DNA of 64,000 nt from the NCBI RefSeq assembly GCF_036919495.1, contig NZ_JBALBZ010000027.1, positions 7,779 to 71,778 of the forward strand. The letters run 5' to 3'. How positions within the stretch are numbered: the first letter of the stretch is position 1; every line of letters starts with the position of its first letter. Made by a program: the position numbers and the translations under genes. This document shows positions 60,239 through 64,000 of this stretch, one piece after another. The DNA comes from Nostoc sp. (GTDB lineage: Bacteria; Cyanobacteriota; Cyanobacteriia; Cyanobacteriales; Nostocaceae). Below the pieces are notes generated by a model that saw only the letters and a program-made list of their open reading frames with translations, made no database searches and was not told the DNA's origin.

Positions 60239-62596
60239 TTATGGATGATTCCCCTTTACCTGAGAATTACTAATAGAAAATCCTCGACGCGTAGGTTTAA
60301 TACTAGCTAATTCCACCTGAAAACTTACCTTGTCAGTTATTTCCCCGCTTCTTGCTTCCAAAGTCCACTTACCAGGACGCAAATTCCAAAATAAAGAATT
60401 AGCTGAGTTTGTATCTAGTTTTTCCCCATTTAGCCACCATTCAACAACCGCAAATTTATTTCCTGTTAACTTAAATTCGAGTTTTTGCTTCGCTGCTTCA
60501 CCTGGATACAGTAAAAATAAATCGCCATGATGCGGAGATAAAATTCTCAAATTGTTAGAAACAAGACTCGATTGCTGTTGTTTTGCCAACCACTCATTGT
60601 ACTCTGGTGGTAAATTGAATTGATTGTCACTTTCGTAGGCAATTTTATCTTCTGGATAAAAATATTCTTGGACAACTGAGTTACAATCGGGTGTTGGTCG
60701 TAACCCCGAAATTGCACAAACAGGTAATTGCACTAAACCTTCTGGAGGTGGAAAACCTGCTGGTTCTTGATGTTCGTGCAGATGTAACATAATTCGATTC
60801 CACAAGGGTGCAGCCCCGGTAACGCCTGAAACCTGACGCATTGGTTCGCCGCTGAAATTACCTACCCAAGTAGCAACGGTGTAATCTGTGGTGAAGCCAA
60901 CTGTCCAAGTATCCCGAAAATTGGAAGAAGTGCCAGTTTTAACAGCAACAGGGAAAGGTAAATTTAACACTGAGTCTACGCCAAATGCTGTTGCACGAGC
61001 ATGGTTATCACTAAGTATGTTGGTGATTAATTGCCATATTGTGTGGTTGGGGAGTCGGGAGTGGGGAGTCGGGAGTGGGGAATTGGAAAATGTGCTTATT
61101 AGCGGCGTAGCTTCTCCAAGTCGTGCCATAGTAAGGTAGGCACGGGCTAATTCCCAGAGACTGACTTCGCCACTACCGAGAGTTAACCCTAAACCGTAAT
61201 GTTCTGGAGTTTGATTAAGATGTTCAAATCCCAATTGATGCAGACGTTCTAAGAACGTTTCCACACCTACCTTTTCTAAAACCCTCACTGCGGGGACATT
61301 TAGGGAATTTGCTAAAGCGATTCGCACTCGCACAGGGCCAAGAAAGCTTTCAGTGTAATCTGTGGGGCTATAAAGTTTGGCGCCGGGAATGGCATAATGG
61401 GCGGGTACATCTGCCAAAATGGTATTTGGGCGAATTAAACCTTTTTCTAAAGCTAATTCATACACAAAAGGCTTGAGGGTAGAACCTGGTTGACGTAGCG
61501 CCTGCACTCCATCATTGCGTCCCAATTTGGCTTCATTAAAGTAATCAGGTGAACCAACATAAGCCAAAACTTCGCCAGTGCGGTTGTCAATCACTAACGC
61601 AGCTGCATCATGGACATTGTTGGCGGCGAGAGAAGAAATCACCTGTTGCACCTGTGCTTCGACAAACTGCTGTAAAGGGCGATTTATCGTGGTGCGAATA
61701 ACGGATTGCTCCCTTAGAGGGGCTTGATTCTCCGCTTTGTAAGGGAGACTAAGAGGGATTTGATTGGCTAACCAAAACAAAAAGTGTGGTGCGGCGATAA
61801 TTCCCCGTTGGCGAGACTGAAACACAACCTTTTCGGCGGATGTTCGGCCTGCGATCGCTCCACTAATATACTTTTCCTGTACCATCCGATTAAGGACGTA
61901 TTTTTGTCGCTGCTTCAGCCGTTCCCAATGCTGGTAAGGGTTAAAGTATGTGGGATTATTGGGAATAGCAGCCAACAAACTAGCTTGAGCAAGATTCAAC
62001 TCACTAGCTGGAATGGAAAAGTAAGTCTGCGCTGCTGCTTCCACACCATATATATTCCCTCCCATTGGCAGGCGATTGATATATGCAGCCAGAATTTCAT
62101 CTTTATTCATCCCTGCTGCTAACCGCCAAGATAGCCAAATTTCACTCAGTTTACCAGAGAAACTACGCGGCACTGGATCTAACATCCGCGCTAACTGCAT
62201 AGTAATTGTGGAAGCACCGGAAATAATTCGTTTCGCGTGAATGGCTTCTTTGCTGGCGCGGATAACAGCTTTCATATCCAACGCCCCGTGATGGTAAAAG
62301 CTGCCATCTTCGGCGGCTAAAATAGCATGGGTAAACTGGAACGGAACTTGATTTAGCGGTACTACTGATGTATGTTCTTGGTCACGGGTGAGTAATGTTC
62401 CTAATGGTAAACCATTGCGATCGCTAAATTGCATTGCCAACTGATTTTGAGTAATATCTGCGGCACGAATGGGCGCAAAATAAGGTAACAAGCGTACCAC
62501 TAGGCAGATTAGCAGCCCAGCCAGGATAACCTTACTACTGTGCTTAAGTTTGAGTAGCGATCGTAAAATTAGTTTCATTAGGGAATCCCAGCCCAA
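60239..62596 (-). CDS. pbpC: penicillin-binding protein 1C (bifunctional transglycosylase/transpeptidase)
   Basis: GT51 motifs AAEDGSFYHHG and STITMQLAR. Transpeptidase motifs STLK, SLN and KTGTS. C-terminal PBP1C-type domain. Confidence 0.9.
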   Translation of the reverse strand: MGWDSLMKLILRSLLKLKHSSKVILAGLLICLVVRLLPYFAPIRAADITQNQLAMQFSDRNGLPLGTLLTRDQEHTSVVPLNQVPFQFTHAILAAEDGSFYHHGALDMKAVIRASKEAIHAKRIISGASTITMQLARMLDPVPRSFSGKLSEIWLSWRLAAGMNKDEILAAYINRLPMGGNIYGVEAAAQTYFSIPASELNLAQASLLAAIPNNPTYFNPYQHWERLKQRQKYVLNRMVQEKYISGAIAGRTSAEKVVFQSRQRGIIAAPHFLFWLANQIPLSLPYKAENQAPLREQSVIRTTINRPLQQFVEAQVQQVISSLAANNVHDAAALVIDNRTGEVLAYVGSPDYFNEAKLGRNDGVQALRQPGSTLKPFVYELALEKGLIRPNTILADVPAHYAIPGAKLYSPTDYTESFLGPVRVRIALANSLNVPAVRVLEKVGVETFLERLHQLGFEHLNQTPEHYGLGLTLGSGEVSLWELARAYLTMARLGEATPLISTFSNSPLPTPHSRLPNHTIWQLITNILSDNHARATAFGVDSVLNLPFPVAVKTGTSSNFRDTWTVGFTTDYTVATWVGNFSGEPMRQVSGVTGAAPLWNRIMLHLHEHQEPAGFPPPEGLVQLPVCAISGLRPTPDCNSVVQEYFYPEDKIAYESDNQFNLPPEYNEWLAKQQQSSLVSNNLRILSPHHGDLFLLYPGEAAKQKLEFKLTGNKFAVVEWWLNGEKLDTNSANSLFWNLRPGKWTLEARSGEITDKVSFQVELASIKPTRRGFSISNSQVKGNHP

Positions 62597-62926
62597 GAAA
62601 ACTTACTTTAATTTTGACGCGGCGATTATTACGTCTACATCAGTAAGTATGTCAAATACTTAATAAGTAATTTTTCCTAACTTAGCAGATATAACTTAAT
62701 ATTTGCAGAACTTAAATACTTCTTCATAGTTAAGAATTGTAGTGATTTTTGGAACAATCACACGGTATTGGTTATCTATGTAAATAAACATAGTTAAATC
62801 CAATATTTGAGTAAAAAATAGTCATTCGCTTTCCCTTATTATTCTTGGCATGTGCCAGCTTAATGAGGGAATCTAAACTTTTATCCGCTATAATCTGTGA
62901 ATTTTTAATTTTAAATTACTAAAAAT

Positions 62927-64000
62927 ATGATTATCAGAGCTTTACTCCGTTTCCACCATAAAATTCTCTATTTCTTACTTCTCTTCTCTACGAGAGGCTG
63001 CGCCAACGAGACGCTGCGCGAAGGACGTCAAAGACGCGTTCGCGATAGCCTGCGGCAAGCCGAAGCCTCTACGTTAAAAAAAATTAGTCATTCCTCAAAC
63101 CGAAAGAGAAGAATACAGTTTATTCTGCTCTTTACATTTATGCTAGGGATGGCAGGGTGTAATTTTTTTGGTATCAACTCAGGAAAAGAACAACTCCCAA
63201 CAGTATCCGCACTCACCCCGCCTAAACTACCAGACTGGATTGAACAAATTAGTCCCATTGGAGATGCAAAATCTCTTAACCAAATCCGCATCCGTTTTAA
63301 AGAAGCTTTAATCCCAGTTGAAAGTCTTGACAATCCAGAACAGCAGAAAATTTTAGAAAAATTTGCCCTTTGGCCGCCTTTACCCGGCCAGTTTCGCTTT
63401 TTGACACCGCGCATGGTGGGTTTTCAAGCCGAGAAAGCATTGCCAATAGCGACAAGATTTCAAGTTACCCTCAAAACAGGTTTAGCCGATTTAAAAAATC
63501 ATCGTTTAGACAAAGATTTACCTTGGACTTTTAATACCGAATCTATCAATCTGACTAATTTACCCGGTGTAAATCCCATTGAAAAGGCTGATATCGAACC
63601 AATTGATTTACAACAAAAATTACAGTTTACTTCAAATGTAGAATTGGATTTAGCTTCTGTACAAGAACATTTACAGTTAATTCCCAAAGGTAAAAATAAA
63701 GGTACAGGTTTTAAAGTTGAATTAAACAAAGAAGAAAAACCATTAAAAAATGAAGAAGAACCTTTAGAAAAATTTGATCCTTCAGCACGCAATTGGATTT
63801 ATAACCTTATCCCCCAGCAAAATGTTGAAAAAGCAACTCCTTATCGCCTAGTATTTTCTCCTGGAATCCGCCCTGCTTATGGCAATCTACCTACAGAGAA
63901 AGAATTTGCCAGTAAGTTAGCAACTTATTCGCCTTTAGCATTTCAGAAAATTAACTTTTACGGACAGCCAGATTCAGGTGGAACATTTGGAAGATTTATA
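62927..64000 (+). CDS. alpha-2-macroglobulin family lipoprotein (5' part; continues beyond the window)
   Basis: The frame is open from ATG 62927 to the window end, so it is absent from the ORF track. Lipobox FMLGMAGC at 63137-63160, then LPDWIEQISPIG...IRIRFKEALIP...GQFRFLTPRMVGFQ, typical of bacterial A2M N-termini. The start is uncertain because a GC-rich repeat lies at 62975-63070. Confidence 0.75.
   Translation, partial: MIIRALLRFHHKILYFLLLFSTRGCANETLREGRQRRVRDSLRQAEASTLKKISHSSNRKRRIQFILLFTFMLGMAGCNFFGINSGKEQLPTVSALTPPKLPDWIEQISPIGDAKSLNQIRIRFKEALIPVESLDNPEQQKILEKFALWPPLPGQFRFLTPRMVGFQAEKALPIATRFQVTLKTGLADLKNHRLDKDLPWTFNTESINLTNLPGVNPIEKADIEPIDLQQKLQFTSNVELDLASVQEHLQLIPKGKNKGTGFKVELNKEEKPLKNEEEPLEKFDPSARNWIYNLIPQQNVEKATPYRLVFSPGIRPAYGNLPTEKEFASKLATYSPLAFQKINFYGQPDSGGTFGRFI

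Noticed and set aside
63088-63792. Two minus-strand ORFs (63088..63414, 63499..63792)
   Set aside because: They are antisense to the alpha-2-macroglobulin gene, whose plus-strand translation has a lipobox and family-typical N-terminal sequence.

Overview
The window looks like a chromosomal segment from a heterocyst-forming (Nostocales-type) cyanobacterium. Three things support this. GCGATCGC (HIP1) octamers occur throughout. Short tandem heptamer/nonamer (STRR-like) arrays fill most intergenic gaps. A kaiA-kaiB-kaiC-TolC(hgdD-like) string on the minus strand matches the gene order I recall for Anabaena PCC 7120 alr2884-alr2887. I can support about 45 apparently intact genes: ureEFG, ssb, pyrR, cbiB, an Rrf2 regulator, a cyAbrB regulator, a ClC channel, exoD, a lipid kinase, an SDR, the PSII S4-domain protein, kaiABC, two sensor kinases plus one partial, an ArnT-like GT39, a ycf20-like gene, glycerate kinase, hisS, an aldehyde dehydrogenase, an amidase-like CN-hydrolase, NmrA, and pbpC divergent from an alpha-2-macroglobulin gene that runs off the right edge. 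I found no rRNA, tRNA or CRISPR array. Main second-look items:
1. Three tandem 130-150 bp direct repeats at 25.6-26.0 kb. Each reads on the minus strand as promoter-like box, about 55 nt of RNA, then an intrinsic terminator. This is the architecture of the heterocyst sRNA NsiR1, but not next to hetF.
2. Two about 90-100 bp TA-flanked inverted-repeat MITEs of one family. Removing each restores the reading frame of a TonB-dependent receptor and of a response-regulator/PAS gene.
3. An AmiE-like CN-hydrolase whose Glu-Lys-Cys triad reads Glu-Arg-Ser.
4. A 1113-aa kinase with three degenerate receiver-like domains, divergent from the kai genes.
5. Short repeats inserted in frame into conserved genes or supplying their stop codons.
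6. Many decayed genes: aroA with an internal deletion, HNH, GNAT, integrase, IS630 pieces and a chimeric remnant.
All calls come from reading the sequence and translations by eye. No database search was run.
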